Assembly: GCA_013426185.1 (NCBI GenBank)
Contig: CP058602.1
Location: 206,873 to 270,872 of the forward strand
Direction of reading: 5' to 3'
Length of the DNA stretch: 64,000 nucleotides
From: Candidatus Woesebacteria bacterium
GTDB lineage: Bacteria; Patescibacteriota; Microgenomatia; UBA8517
Shown here: piece after piece, positions 28,483-39,459 of the stretch
How the letters are laid out: each line of letters starts with the position of its first letter
Position numbering within the stretch: the first letter of the stretch is position 1
Notes under the pieces: model-generated
Database searches by the model: none
The model's input: only the letters and a program-made list of their open reading frames with translations
What the model was told of the DNA's origin: nothing
Position numbers and translations under genes: made by a program

Positions 28483-31445
28483 TTTTCACTTAGAATCTCT
28501 ACTCTAAAAGCATTATCCTTTAATATCTTAGAAGAAGAACTTTTTTTCAATATCATTTGCAAGAATTGTTTATCTTTAGGCAACCAAGGCGAATAGACAA
28601 TTGTCGGTTGAGTAAAGGAAATATTCATTTTCTTTCTCTCTTCTTGAATCTTTCTTAACAATTCCCTAGCTTTCGCCTCCTCTTCTAATTTAGGGGTAAT
28701 TTTTGTGTTCAATTCTACCAACTCTTCTTTTGCAAACTTAAAAACCAATCTCTTCACATTTAATTCATCTTCTGCTATCTTAAACAAATCCATGCTTAAT
28801 TTTTCAAATCTTTTATCAGGGGACATAACAATAGCTTCAATAAGAGGCTGGCGAACAGGAATTCCCAACTCTTTTCGCTTAGCATGCACTTTCTCAACAA
28901 TATCTCTTAAGTAGACCATATCCTCAACTAAATTCTTTTCACCATCAAGAAATGCGAAATCAATATGCGGCCATTCAGAAAGGTGAACCGATTCTTTCTT
29001 GGTCAAATTGCAATAAATCTCATCACTGATAAAAGGAGTAAAAGGGGCAAGCAAACGGCTTAGAACTTCCAAAACAAGGTAAAGTGTTTGATAAAAAGCT
29101 TCTTTGGAAAGCTTATCCTCAGCCAAGAATCCAACTCTATCTCTTGATCGTCTTAAATACCAATTAGAAAGATCGTCAACAAAAACTTCAATCAAACCAC
29201 TAGCTGTTGCGGCATCATAACGATCCAGATTCTCTGTAACCTCTTTAACCAAGTCCTCAAGTCTAAGCAAAATCCATTTATCTAAAACTGATAAATCCGC
29301 TTCTTCTATTTTTCCGCCTGGTTTCCAGTTATCTATGTTGGCATAGGTCACAAAAAAGTTATAGACATTCCAAAGCTTAAGATGAAAGCGGCGTCTTGTC
29401 TCATCAGCTAATCTATACCCAAAAAGAAGATTTTCAGAGACATTTTGGCGCGCATAAATCCAGCGCATTACATCAACACCCATCTTTTCCGCACCCTCAT
29501 TGAATTCTATGAAATTACCCCAGGATTTATGCATCGGCCTTCCATCTTCAGCCAACAGAGTGGCAAAACCCAAAACGGTCTTGGTTGGATTTTCATCCTC
29601 AAGCACAGTGCTCATTGCAATCAAAGAATAAAACCAATTTTTAAACTGACCAGGGAAACTTTCGGTAATAAAATCAGCCGGGAACCATTTTCGCCACTCA
29701 TCTTTATCAACTAGATATAAAGGAGCAGAATGATTGTCTTTGCTAATAGTTGAAAAGGATACAATACCAGCGTCAAGCCAAGGATTGCCAACAGGCTCAA
29801 TTCTTGACATAATATTGCCGCACTTTGGACATTTTATCTTCACAAAATCTATCTGCGGCTTATGCGGGGACTTGCCTTCAAATTTTTCCCAGCCAGAGAC
29901 AGCTTTTTCCTTAAGTTCTTCTTTTGAACCAATTACCTCAAAATGGCTACACTCCTGGCACTCCCAGATTGGCAGAGCTAAACCCCAATATCTATTTTTC
30001 TTACTAATCAACCAATCACTCATATTCTTAAGCCAATCAATCTCACGTTTCAGGCCAAATGATGGAATCCATTTTATTTTCTTTGCCACCTTCATCATTC
30101 TTTCTCTTAGAGTTAATCCACGAGATGGGCCTTTTTTTGTGGGTTTATCCATAGCTATATACCACTCATCTGTCACCTTCCAAACAAGCTCCTCCTTACA
30201 ACGCCAACAAACAGGATAACGATGTTTATAAAGAAATTTATCAAAAACCCAATTCTCAGCTTTCTTTTCCCTACCTTCAAGATAATCAAAAATAATTTCT
30301 GGGTGTTTTTTCGCATTTTTACCAGTCAAAAACCCTAGACCTTCTTTATAACTTGCATCATCATTAATAACTGGAATCATTGGCAAATCAATCTTCTGAC
30401 CAAGTCGATAATCCTCAGTACCAGCACTAACAGCAGTGTGAACAAGCCCTGTTCCCTCCTCTGTCGTAATAGGCATTATAAGATCGTCAGTCGCCACCAC
30501 CGTATGAAACTTTGGATGAGATGAAACTTTTTTAACAGCAGGCAAATCATCAAAAGCGCTATCATAATGAAGTCCTACCAATTCCGAGCCTTTAACCACT
30601 TTTTTAATCGGCTTTTTATCAGTCTTAAAAATTCTTTTGATACAATCTTTTGCCAACCAATAAAGATCACCAGAATCTCCTTCAACCAAGGCATAATCCA
30701 AATTTTTATCAACAGCAACAGCTACATTAGCAGGAATAGTCCAAGGTGTAGTTGTCCAAACCAAAAGATACTCATTTTTTCTGTCCTTGATAGGAAATTT
30801 AAGAACAATAGACATATGAGTAATTTCTTTATAATCCTCAGTCAAAATTTCATGCTGAGAAATAGCAGTCTCACAACGAGGGCACCAAGGAACAGAATCA
30901 TTCCCTTTATAAATCCATTCGTTTTGATAACACACTTTCAAAAAGTGCCAAATCATATAGTTATTCTCTTCACTCATTGTGTAGTAGGAATGATCCCAAT
31001 CCATAAAATAGCCCAAGCGCTTGGATTGCTCCGTTTGAATTTGGGAAAACTTGAGGACTCTTTCTTTACACTTTTCTACAAACTTCTCCACCCCATATTT
31101 TTCTATATCCTTTTTAATCTTAAATCCGAGCTCTTTTTCAACTTCTACTTCTACCCAAAGACCCTGGCAGTCAAAACCATTTTGGAATCTCTGCTTAAAT
31201 CCTTGCATATTTTTATATCTCTGCCATAAATCTTTGTAAGTCCTTCCCCAAGCATGGTGAACCCCCATTGGATTATTAGCAGTAATAGGCCCATCAAGAA
31301 ATGAAAAATATTTCTCAGAGTTTTTATTCTTTTCGCGGTATTTTTTCTCAATATCTCTCTTCGACCATTCCTCAAGCAATTTTTTTTCCATCTCTTGAAA
31401 AGAAGTTCTGGGGTCAACTGGTTCAAAATAATTTTTAGGCTTCAT
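28479..31445 (-). CDS. ileS: Isoleucyl-tRNA synthetase (type 2-like, non-canonical signature motifs)
   Basis: DGPITAN, GVHH, WTTTPWT, GTGLVH editing domain, DWLISK, PMHKS. Confidence 0.93.
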   Translation of the reverse strand: MKPKNYFEPVDPRTSFQEMEKKLLEEWSKRDIEKKYREKNKNSEKYFSFLDGPITANNPMGVHHAWGRTYKDLWQRYKNMQGFKQRFQNGFDCQGLWVEVEVEKELGFKIKKDIEKYGVEKFVEKCKERVLKFSQIQTEQSKRLGYFMDWDHSYYTMSEENNYMIWHFLKVCYQNEWIYKGNDSVPWCPRCETAISQHEILTEDYKEITHMSIVLKFPIKDRKNEYLLVWTTTPWTIPANVAVAVDKNLDYALVEGDSGDLYWLAKDCIKRIFKTDKKPIKKVVKGSELVGLHYDSAFDDLPAVKKVSSHPKFHTVVATDDLIMPITTEEGTGLVHTAVSAGTEDYRLGQKIDLPMIPVINDDASYKEGLGFLTGKNAKKHPEIIFDYLEGREKKAENWVFDKFLYKHRYPVCWRCKEELVWKVTDEWYIAMDKPTKKGPSRGLTLRERMMKVAKKIKWIPSFGLKREIDWLKNMSDWLISKKNRYWGLALPIWECQECSHFEVIGSKEELKEKAVSGWEKFEGKSPHKPQIDFVKIKCPKCGNIMSRIEPVGNPWLDAGIVSFSTISKDNHSAPLYLVDKDEWRKWFPADFITESFPGQFKNWFYSLIAMSTVLEDENPTKTVLGFATLLAEDGRPMHKSWGNFIEFNEGAEKMGVDVMRWIYARQNVSENLLFGYRLADETRRRFHLKLWNVYNFFVTYANIDNWKPGGKIEEADLSVLDKWILLRLEDLVKEVTENLDRYDAATASGLIEVFVDDLSNWYLRRSRDRVGFLAEDKLSKEAFYQTLYLVLEVLSRLLAPFTPFISDEIYCNLTKKESVHLSEWPHIDFAFLDGEKNLVEDMVYLRDIVEKVHAKRKELGIPVRQPLIEAIVMSPDKRFEKLSMDLFKIAEDELNVKRLVFKFAKEELVELNTKITPKLEEEAKARELLRKIQEERKKMNISFTQPTIVYSPWLPKDKQFLQMILKKSSSSKILKDNAFRVEILSEK

Positions 31446-31492
31446 AGATTAGAGCTATTTTACTACGAAAAAAAACTAAAAAGAAGAAGAAA

Positions 31493-32650
31493 TCAATGAA
31501 TCTTTCTCAAAAAAGCTGGAATTTCAAACTTTTGTCCGAAAATATCAGAATCTTCATCTGACGCTTGTGGAAACTCTTTCATTTCTTCCCCCTCCGTTAA
31601 TTCTTCTTCCTTACTTGTTTTAAGAGTTTCGCTGATAATACCTTCTATTTTAGTTTCATTGCCAACTTTAAAAAAACTAGCTAGTCTTGACTGTGTTTCA
31701 TCAAAACCCGTGGCAATAACCGTAATTTTTACCTGATCATTGAGATCATTTTTAACAACCGCACCAAAAATAATATTGGCATCAGCATCTGCTGACTGAG
31801 AGATAATTTTTGCAGCCTCGTTTACTTCAAACATTGTCAGATCATTTCCACCTGCAATATTGAAAAGAACCCCTCTTGCGCCTTCCATCGAAAGATCCAA
31901 AAGCGGAGAAGAAATAGCTGCGCGAGCAGCCATCTGAGCTCTGTTTTCGCCAACTCCAGTACCAATACCAAGAAGAGCGGTACCTGCGTCTTTCATTATT
32001 GTCTTCACATCAGCAAAATCAACATTAATAAGCCCCGGAGTGGTAATAATATCAGCAATTCCACCAACAGCCTGCGACAAGACCGAATCTGCTAATTTAA
32101 AAGCCTCAACCAAGGTCATCTTTTTATCAATAACATCCATCAAACGCTGGTTGGGAATAACTATTAGAGTATCTACCTCTTGGCGCAACTTCTCAATTCC
32201 CTCCTCAGCAATCACACTTCTTCTTGTCCCTTCAAAAGCAAACGGCTTTGTAACAACACCAACCGTCAAAGCTCCAGCTTCACGAGCAGCTTTGGCTATA
32301 ATGGGTGAAGCTCCAGTACCTGTTCCACCACCCATTCCAGCTGTAACAAAGACCATATCAGTGTCTATCAAAAGTTCCTTTATCTTTTCTATTGATTCTT
32401 CAGCCGCTTGCCTACCAATTTCAGGGTTTCCGCCAACTCCTAATCCTTTAGTTAGCTTTTCTCCTATTTGTATCTTTGTAGGAGCTTTATTTTGAAGAAG
32501 GACCTGAGCATCGGTATTAACCACTATAAACTCAACGCCATTAATCAGATCTTCTTCCACCATCGAAGAGACGGCGTTTCCACCACCACCACCCACGCCT
32601 ACAACTTTGATTTTTGCTATTCTTGCCTCATCGGGTTTTACTAAAGCCAT
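31493..32650 (-). CDS. ftsZ: Cell division protein FtsZ
   Basis: GMGGGTGTG tubulin motif, INVDFADV, C-terminal EIPAFLRK. Confidence 0.99.
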   Translation of the reverse strand: MALVKPDEARIAKIKVVGVGGGGGNAVSSMVEEDLINGVEFIVVNTDAQVLLQNKAPTKIQIGEKLTKGLGVGGNPEIGRQAAEESIEKIKELLIDTDMVFVTAGMGGGTGTGASPIIAKAAREAGALTVGVVTKPFAFEGTRRSVIAEEGIEKLRQEVDTLIVIPNQRLMDVIDKKMTLVEAFKLADSVLSQAVGGIADIITTPGLINVDFADVKTIMKDAGTALLGIGTGVGENRAQMAARAAISSPLLDLSMEGARGVLFNIAGGNDLTMFEVNEAAKIISQSADADANIIFGAVVKNDLNDQVKITVIATGFDETQSRLASFFKVGNETKIEGIISETLKTSKEEELTEGEEMKEFPQASDEDSDIFGQKFEIPAFLRKIH

Positions 32651-32705
32651 AAATTATTATAGGCAGATTGTATAACAGAAGGCAAATAAACACAACTGCC
32701 TCAAG

Positions 32706-33980
32706 TTAGGGCAGAAGATTCCTAATAGACTCAAAGATCTTATTAAAAGTTCCCTTACCTGGTAATTTAATTTTTTTACCCATTTTTGTCAATGCCTCAT
32801 CACTTGTTTGGTGCGAAGCATAAAGAATAAGACCAATCGCAACTGCATACTGTGGAGATAAAATATCGTCAATCAACCCACTAACACCAGTTGGTACTCC
32901 GATCCTTGCCGGAAGTGAAAGAACTCTTCTTGCGCTTTCAATTATACCAACTGTCTCTGCTCCTCCACCCGTTATGATTACACCCGAAGGAGTTTTTCCC
33001 AAGAGGCCAAACTTATCAAGCTCAAGTCTCACCATACTAAAAATTTCATTCAAACGAGGCCTAATAATTCCTTCCACCAAAGTTTTGCGCGAGACCTTCT
33101 TCACTTCAAGATTTTCCTTACTTAAATCAAGACTATCAGGCAAGGTTATCTCTTCTGTTTTATCCTTCCTTTTTTCATAATTAGAAAGCAACAGTTTAAT
33201 TTTCTCCGCTGATTCAAGGGAAATTCTTAGCCCAATCGCTAAATCGTTGGTAACATTTTTAGCGCCAATTGGTACAACCCCAGAATAAGCAAGAGCGCCT
33301 TCCACAAAAACACAAATTGAAGTTGTCCCTCCTCCTATATCAACCACGACGCAACCAAGCTCTTTCTCGGTAGCGGTAGCTACAGCCTCAGAAGCTGCCA
33401 GACCGCTAAAGACAATTTCGGAAATACCAACTCCCGCTTCATCCACAGCCTTTTTTAAGTTTTTAACTGATGCCGTTGAAGCTGTTATTACATGGGTTTC
33501 AACCTCAAGCCTAACTCCAGTCATACCAACTGGGTCTTTGACGCCACCCTCTCCATCAACAGTAAACTCGCGAGGAATAATATGCAAAATTTCCCTTGAA
33601 ACAGGCAGAGAAATAGCAGAGGCTGCATCAATCACACGCTCAATATCAACATCCTTTATCTCACCATCAGGATCTGAAATAGCTACCACTCCATGCGAAT
33701 TCTGAGAAGAAACACTCGCCCCACCTAAAGAAATATAAACCGAATCAAGATTATAACCCGCCATTCTTTCTGCTGATTCAACACTCTCCACTATCGATTC
33801 AACAGCCTCCTCAATATTAATGATCTGGCCTTTTCTTATACCACGCGAGGCAACAGAAGAAACTCCCACAACTCCAATTCCACTTTCATAGACATCTTGA
33901 GAAGAATCAATCTGCGCAATAATCGTGGTTATTTTGCTTGAACCTAGATCTATAGCTGAAATTATTTTTGACCTTGTCAT
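32706..33980 (-). CDS. ftsA: Cell division protein FtsA
   Basis: IDLGSSK, DIGGGTT, AEKIK, ITGGG. Confidence 0.97.
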   Translation of the reverse strand: MTRSKIISAIDLGSSKITTIIAQIDSSQDVYESGIGVVGVSSVASRGIRKGQIINIEEAVESIVESVESAERMAGYNLDSVYISLGGASVSSQNSHGVVAISDPDGEIKDVDIERVIDAASAISLPVSREILHIIPREFTVDGEGGVKDPVGMTGVRLEVETHVITASTASVKNLKKAVDEAGVGISEIVFSGLAASEAVATATEKELGCVVVDIGGGTTSICVFVEGALAYSGVVPIGAKNVTNDLAIGLRISLESAEKIKLLLSNYEKRKDKTEEITLPDSLDLSKENLEVKKVSRKTLVEGIIRPRLNEIFSMVRLELDKFGLLGKTPSGVIITGGGAETVGIIESARRVLSLPARIGVPTGVSGLIDDILSPQYAVAIGLILYASHQTSDEALTKMGKKIKLPGKGTFNKIFESIRNLLP

Positions 33981-33981
33981 T

Positions 33982-34674
33982 TTATCTTAGAATAGGATTT
34001 TTATATCTTAAGTCTATTGTAATATTATCATACGACTTATCAACCTTGAATTTTTCATAATTTTCCTCAAGCTGGCTAAGTAAGAATCTACTTGCACCAA
34101 CTAAATATTCTCTGTCCTTACCTTCTTTAGGCAAAACCAAAATAGGACCTGCAAGCATCTTAACTTCAAGTCTATCATCAAAAAGTTTAGCGTAATTAAT
34201 TTTATACAAATAATTAAGATAATAAAATAGCGACATAGACATTAAAACATCTTCAGGTACTTTATCACCTACCTTAAAATCGTAAGCATCCGTTTCTAAA
34301 AAAGAAATATCTGAAAGATTATCCCTTCTTGCTAAAACCTCTCCTTTCTCGCTTATCAAATAAAAGGAATTACTTTTTGTATTCTTCAGAACATAACTAG
34401 ATTTCCGCAAGATGATGTTCAAAATTAACTTTGAAGGAAAAATAAAACGACTATTGTAAGAAAAAACTAAACTGTTTCCCTTAAGAATCTTGTCAACTTC
34501 TCCCCTCGTTTTAAAATAAGGTTTTCCTTTCAGTCCTTCAAGTTGAGAGGCAATTTCAGAAGGGCAATCTCTATCAGAAATAAAACAAGACACCTCTTTT
34601 ACTTTTAAAAAATAAGGCAAAAGAAAAATCAAAAATAAAATTAAAAATAAAGACGAATAGATTACCTTAACCAT
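33982..34674 (-). CDS. ftsQ: FtsQ/DivIB-like protein
   Basis: Single N-terminal TM, C-terminal IDLRYKNP, located between murG and ftsA. Confidence 0.75.
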   Translation of the reverse strand: MVKVIYSSLFLILFLIFLLPYFLKVKEVSCFISDRDCPSEIASQLEGLKGKPYFKTRGEVDKILKGNSLVFSYNSRFIFPSKLILNIILRKSSYVLKNTKSNSFYLISEKGEVLARRDNLSDISFLETDAYDFKVGDKVPEDVLMSMSLFYYLNYLYKINYAKLFDDRLEVKMLAGPILVLPKEGKDREYLVGASRFLLSQLEENYEKFKVDKSYDNITIDLRYKNPILR

Positions 34675-35773
34675 GGGCTACTTTTTCAACAAGATCAACA
34701 AAATTACTGGCAGCATTGATATCGGGACTAATTTTATCCTTACTTTTTCTAACATAAACTTCCCAATTAAGATAGATGTCTTCGATTTCTTCAAAAAGCC
34801 TTTTACTTGAAAGTTCATCTTGCTTCAACACTTTGGCGATACCAAATTTTTTGGCAAAAATTGCATTTTTAGTCTGTTCATCAAGATAGGAAAAAGGTAT
34901 GGGAATTAATATTGCTGGCCTTTTGACCACCATAATCTCAGCCACGGTATTTGCTCCCGCTCTTGCTACAATCATATCTGCTCGCCTATAAACTCCATCT
35001 ATTTGCATAGGATCAATCAGAGAATAAACTTCATATCGCGAGGCAAGTTCGGAAGATAACTTTTCTTTCAACTTTTTAAAATCAAGATAATCAATCAATC
35101 CCGTTTGATGAATTACATAAAACTTTTCAAGGAGATTCTTTAATATAGGTTTTAAAGCTTCATTGACAACCTGTGAACCTCTAGATCCGCCGGTAACAAA
35201 GAGCACCGGTATTTTTGACATCTTCTCTTTTGCCGGCACTTCAAGAATCTGAGTCATAACAGGGTTTCCCACAACCACCGACTTTGAAGAGCCAAAGTGC
35301 TTTATACTCTCCTTTCTGGCAAGAGCAACCTTATTTACAAAAGGCAAAGAAAAAAGATTAGCCCTACCAGCCGCAGCTGTCTGCTCATGAAGTAAAGAAG
35401 GAATTCCCAAAAGCTTGCCAGCCAAGACTACGGGAAAAGCAGCAAAACCGCCAAAAGAAACAATAACATCCGGTCTTGTTTTTATTACCAGATATAAGGC
35501 ATGCAAAAGACCAAACGGTATTTTCAAAAGAGACGGAATTGTCCATAAAGTAAATCTGCGCTGCAATCTGCCCATTCTAATAAAATATGTCTTAATCCCC
35601 AATTTAGAGAAGTGGACTGATTCTAAAGTAGGTATTTCCCTGCCTTCAAATGCATTTTTGACCCCAATCCAATAAATCTCAAGAGGTTTATCTTGATATC
35701 GCCTTATAATCTCTTCAACAACAGCTATTGCTGTAGTTGCAGCATGTCCTCCAGTCAGAACAATCTTTCTCAT
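34667..35773 (-). CDS. murG: Lipid I N-acetylglucosaminyltransferase MurG
   Basis: LTGGH, FGGF, HEQ, VGNP, GGSRGS, RAGA, QTKNA. Confidence 0.93.
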   Translation of the reverse strand: MRKIVLTGGHAATTAIAVVEEIIRRYQDKPLEIYWIGVKNAFEGREIPTLESVHFSKLGIKTYFIRMGRLQRRFTLWTIPSLLKIPFGLLHALYLVIKTRPDVIVSFGGFAAFPVVLAGKLLGIPSLLHEQTAAAGRANLFSLPFVNKVALARKESIKHFGSSKSVVVGNPVMTQILEVPAKEKMSKIPVLFVTGGSRGSQVVNEALKPILKNLLEKFYVIHQTGLIDYLDFKKLKEKLSSELASRYEVYSLIDPMQIDGVYRRADMIVARAGANTVAEIMVVKRPAILIPIPFSYLDEQTKNAIFAKKFGIAKVLKQDELSSKRLFEEIEDIYLNWEVYVRKSKDKISPDINAASNFVDLVEKVAHG

Positions 35774-36909
35774 CTTCTCTTTAAAACAGATCTTTTCTTA
35801 AATCTTTTTAAAACCGATCTTTCTTGCCTATATCTTGATATATTCAAGATTATACCAGTTGACGCTAAAAGCATCACCAAAGATGAACCTCCATAGGATA
35901 TAAAAGGAAGGGGGATACCAGTCAGCGGTGTCAGAGCTGTCATAGAACCTAAATTCAAGAGGACTTGAACACCAATCCAAACAACAAAGCCAAAGGTAGC
36001 GACCTTGGAAAAAGTGTCAGGCGATGAAATCGCGATCTTGAAACCCCGATAGATAAGATAGACAAAAAGAAAAATCAAGACTAAAGAGCCAAGAAAACCC
36101 ACTTCCTCAGCAATAACTGCAAATATAGAGTCAGTGGCTGCTTCAGGTAAAAATAAATATTTTTGTTTAGATTCCCCCAAACCAACTCCAAATAGTCCGC
36201 CCAAACCCAACGAGATTAAAACTTGAGTTATATGATAACCATGGCCTAAGGGATCAGCGGTCTGCTCAAGAAAAGTCATAAGTCTTGCACGGCGATAATC
36301 AGAAGAAATAATTAAAACAACTCCGAAAAACAAAGAGGTTAGAACCAAAATAAAAAAATAAAAAACATTAACACCAGAAATAAATATCTGAAAAATACCA
36401 ATTGCAGCTACCACAAGAGTAGTACCCAAATCAGGCTCAAGCATAATAAGAAAAGACACCAAAACAAGAGGAATTACAAAAGACAAAAGACCTTTCTTTA
36501 ATTCTGAAAGCCTGGCAAAATAAAGTACTAAAGCAAACTTAATTAGCTCTGAAGGCTGAAAACTAAAAGAACCAAAATTTAACCACCTCCTAGCGCCTAA
36601 CGACTTAATTCCAAAAGCAGGAACAATAACTAAAATCAAAGCTAAAACACTTAAGAAAAAAATAACGCTGGCATAACGAAACCAAAATTTATAATTAATT
36701 TTTGAAAACAGAACAAATAGAACAATACCAACCAAAGACCAAACTAGTTGCTGTCTAGCAAAATAAAATCTGTTGTTAAAAAATTTAAGAGCTTGAGGCG
36801 CCGAAGCGTCAGCGATAAAAAGAATGCCGAGTAAAGTAAGGGATAAAACCAATAAAGCAAACTGCCAATCTGCACCTGTTTTTACCTTTTTATTAACCGA
36901 AGAAAGCAT
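35770..36909 (-). CDS. ftsW: SEDS family cell division protein FtsW
   Basis: GARRW, FQPSE, LPEAATDSIF, GIPLPFISYGGSS; in the dcw cluster. Confidence 0.95.
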   Translation of the reverse strand: MLSSVNKKVKTGADWQFALLVLSLTLLGILFIADASAPQALKFFNNRFYFARQQLVWSLVGIVLFVLFSKINYKFWFRYASVIFFLSVLALILVIVPAFGIKSLGARRWLNFGSFSFQPSELIKFALVLYFARLSELKKGLLSFVIPLVLVSFLIMLEPDLGTTLVVAAIGIFQIFISGVNVFYFFILVLTSLFFGVVLIISSDYRRARLMTFLEQTADPLGHGYHITQVLISLGLGGLFGVGLGESKQKYLFLPEAATDSIFAVIAEEVGFLGSLVLIFLFVYLIYRGFKIAISSPDTFSKVATFGFVVWIGVQVLLNLGSMTALTPLTGIPLPFISYGGSSLVMLLASTGIILNISRYRQERSVLKRFKKRSVLKRR

Positions 36910-36931
36910 AAATTAGATTAATAAACCCAAA

Positions 36932-37978
36932 TTAAATAGTAGAAAGCCAAAGAGCAAAAATTGCAAGTATAAGTCCTGCAAGCCAAGCTCTTGTTACTAT
37001 TTTCGGTTCCTCCCATCCACGAGCCAAAAAAATATGATGAGCCGGAGCTATCAAGAAAACTGGTCGTTTGAGAAACTTCCAGCCCAATATTTGAATTGCA
37101 GAAGTAGCTGTCTCAATAAGATAAATAGCACCCACTAAAAAAAGAGCAAAGACAGAACCCGTCAAAAGACCAATGACAGCAAGAGTGGCCCCAAAAGAAA
37201 GAGCTCCCGAATCCCCAAGGAATATTCTTGCAGGCCAAATATTAAAATACAAAAAGGCAATAAGAGAACCTATCCACAAAGCAATGAAAACTGAAAGAGG
37301 AGTGTCAAGGTTACCGCTTGCAATAACTGCAAAAACAGCCAAAGAAATAACCAAAAGTCCGGCAGCCAAACCATCAAGCCCATCGGTGATATTATAGGCA
37401 TTGGAAAAAAGGACAATCAAAAAAGCCGCAAAAGGGATATACCAAAATCCTAAATTGAACGTAATATCAAATAAAGGGATGTGAATTATTTTAATACCCA
37501 TCTTAAAATACAATAAAAATGAAATTGCAAATGCCAAAACCCATTGAAGAGCAAATTTCTGCATTCTGGTCAAACCATAGACTACTCCCAGACCAGCTCT
37601 ACCTTTACCAAAAATTTTAACTAAATCGTCAAGCAATCCCAAAAAACCAAAAGACAAAAAAGTAAAAGCAATTACAAAAATCTCATATCTTAAGTTGTAA
37701 GCGCTTCTAATATAAACTCCCATACGAGACGAAAAAGGAAAAATTAAAGTAAAAAGCAAAAACACGACCAGAATAATCAAAACTCCACCACCAACAGGAG
37801 TTCCAGCTTTTATATCATGTAGTTTGTCAAAAAGCGGAACTTTGCCCTTTTTAGGGGCTTCTTTCCTGCGCTGAAGTTTAAGCTTATAGAGCAAGTTGAT
37901 AAAAGGCACCACAAGAAGACTTGTAATGACAAAAGAGAAAATGACCAGTCCTAAAAAAAGTGTCAAATAATTATTCAT
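36932..37978 (-). CDS. mraY: Phospho-N-acetylmuramoyl-pentapeptide transferase
   Basis: KAGTPVGGG, GLLDD, NITDGLDGL, FLGDSG, APAHH. Confidence 0.95.
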   Translation of the reverse strand: MNNYLTLFLGLVIFSFVITSLLVVPFINLLYKLKLQRRKEAPKKGKVPLFDKLHDIKAGTPVGGGVLIILVVFLLFTLIFPFSSRMGVYIRSAYNLRYEIFVIAFTFLSFGFLGLLDDLVKIFGKGRAGLGVVYGLTRMQKFALQWVLAFAISFLLYFKMGIKIIHIPLFDITFNLGFWYIPFAAFLIVLFSNAYNITDGLDGLAAGLLVISLAVFAVIASGNLDTPLSVFIALWIGSLIAFLYFNIWPARIFLGDSGALSFGATLAVIGLLTGSVFALFLVGAIYLIETATSAIQILGWKFLKRPVFLIAPAHHIFLARGWEEPKIVTRAWLAGLILAIFALWLSTI

Positions 37979-37980
37979 AA

Positions 37981-38205
37981 TTAAGAACAAGAGACTATAA
38001 CGTAATCATCAACTGGTAAGACTCTTTTATTGCTATCGACCAAACACCCTTTATTGTTTAGCGGACAACGACACACACCCTCTTTAGTATCATGGTCAGT
38101 CTCTACAACTTTGCCATCTGAACTGCAAGGATCAATAGTAGGTTTACGACTAACCCTATAAACATCATAGCTACAAACACTAAACATTTTTTCAGCTTTA
38201 GTCAT
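37981..38205 (-). CDS. Small Cys-rich hypothetical protein (74 aa)
   Basis: Fills the murE-mraY gap; TATAAT 10 nt before ATG; 6 Cys. Confidence 0.55.
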   Translation of the reverse strand: MTKAEKMFSVCSYDVYRVSRKPTIDPCSSDGKVVETDHDTKEGVCRCPLNNKGCLVDSNKRVLPVDDYVIVSCS

Positions 38206-38223
38206 AAACTCTTTTATTATAAA

Positions 38224-39459
38224 CTAACACACCACCGGTTTACCATAAGTTGGTAAAATGCCTCGAAGTGATTCTCTCACTGCCTTTTTTTCAGACCATT
38301 TGTACTCGGTTTTGCCAAAACACAAGCTTTCCTCATGACCTTTGCCGCAAATTACTACAGTATCACCTTTTTTTGCCAATTCGTTTATTGCAAAATAAAT
38401 AGCTTTGCCACGATGTTCAACTTCAAAAACTTGAACTTGAGAACTTTTTATACCCTTTCTAATTTCGCGATTTATTGCACTAATTGACTCGCCTCTTGGA
38501 TCCTCAGCTGTTAGAATTATTTTATCTGCCAATTTACTAGCTACTTTCCCCATTAATAGTCTTTTGGTCTTATCTCTTTCACCAGCGCTGCCAAAAACAA
38601 CTATTAAATTTCCTTTTCCTTTTGTTTTGGATAAAAATTTTAACAATTCTTCTAAAGCATTCGGTGTATGAGCAAAATCTACTATCAATTTTAGACCTTT
38701 ATAATTTGTAATATAATCCAATCTGCCTTCGGGGGTCCTGAGTTTCCCTATAATATTTTCTATCTTGGTATAGGAAATTCCCAACCTATGGCAAGCTACA
38801 GCTGCCAAAGCCAAATTTTCCCTATTATATTCTTGAGTAAATTTTTTATACACAGCCTTTTTTAAACTATAAGGCAAAGAGGAAATGCTCACAAAACTAA
38901 CTTTAAGTTTTTTGTTCTTTATAAAATGAACAAATTGTTTGTACTTTTTATTTATTATAGCTACTTTAGATCTATTAAAAAGCTTAGCCTTAGCTAAGGC
39001 ATATCTTTCCATAGTTAAATGATAATCAAGATGCTCATGAGTAATGTTGGTTAAAACAGAAATATCAAAATTTATCCCTAATACCCTATGTTGATCAAGA
39101 CCGTGAGAAGTTACTTCAAGAACTAAAAACTCGCTATCAGCATCTTTGGCATCGGTAATCAACTTTTGCAGAGTTTTGGAATCAGGCGTAGTTGTATGTA
39201 AACCGGTTTTGATCTTTTTGCCTCCTATGATAGCTCCTGTTGTTGAAACCAAGGAGACCTTCTTACCTACTAATTTCAAAATTTGGTGTATCAAAAAAGA
39301 GGTGGTAGTCTTACCATCCGTACCGGTCACGCCTATTACTTTTAAGTGTCTTGAAGGAAAATGATAATAGATATTCCAATATATGGCTTCAAAAAAGTGA
39401 AGAGTATTCTTATAGCGAGAAATAAAAAATCTTCTTAAATTATTATATCTATTTATCAT
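38224..39459 (-). CDS. murE: Mur ligase, MurE-like (short N-terminus)
   Basis: GVTGTDGKTTT, TTP, LEVTSH, TNITHEHLDYH, VDFAHTP, GERD, GKGHE; start inferred. Confidence 0.9.
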   Translation of the reverse strand: MINRYNNLRRFFISRYKNTLHFFEAIYWNIYYHFPSRHLKVIGVTGTDGKTTTSFLIHQILKLVGKKVSLVSTTGAIIGGKKIKTGLHTTTPDSKTLQKLITDAKDADSEFLVLEVTSHGLDQHRVLGINFDISVLTNITHEHLDYHLTMERYALAKAKLFNRSKVAIINKKYKQFVHFIKNKKLKVSFVSISSLPYSLKKAVYKKFTQEYNRENLALAAVACHRLGISYTKIENIIGKLRTPEGRLDYITNYKGLKLIVDFAHTPNALEELLKFLSKTKGKGNLIVVFGSAGERDKTKRLLMGKVASKLADKIILTAEDPRGESISAINREIRKGIKSSQVQVFEVEHRGKAIYFAINELAKKGDTVVICGKGHEESLCFGKTEYKWSEKKAVRESLRGILPTYGKPVVC

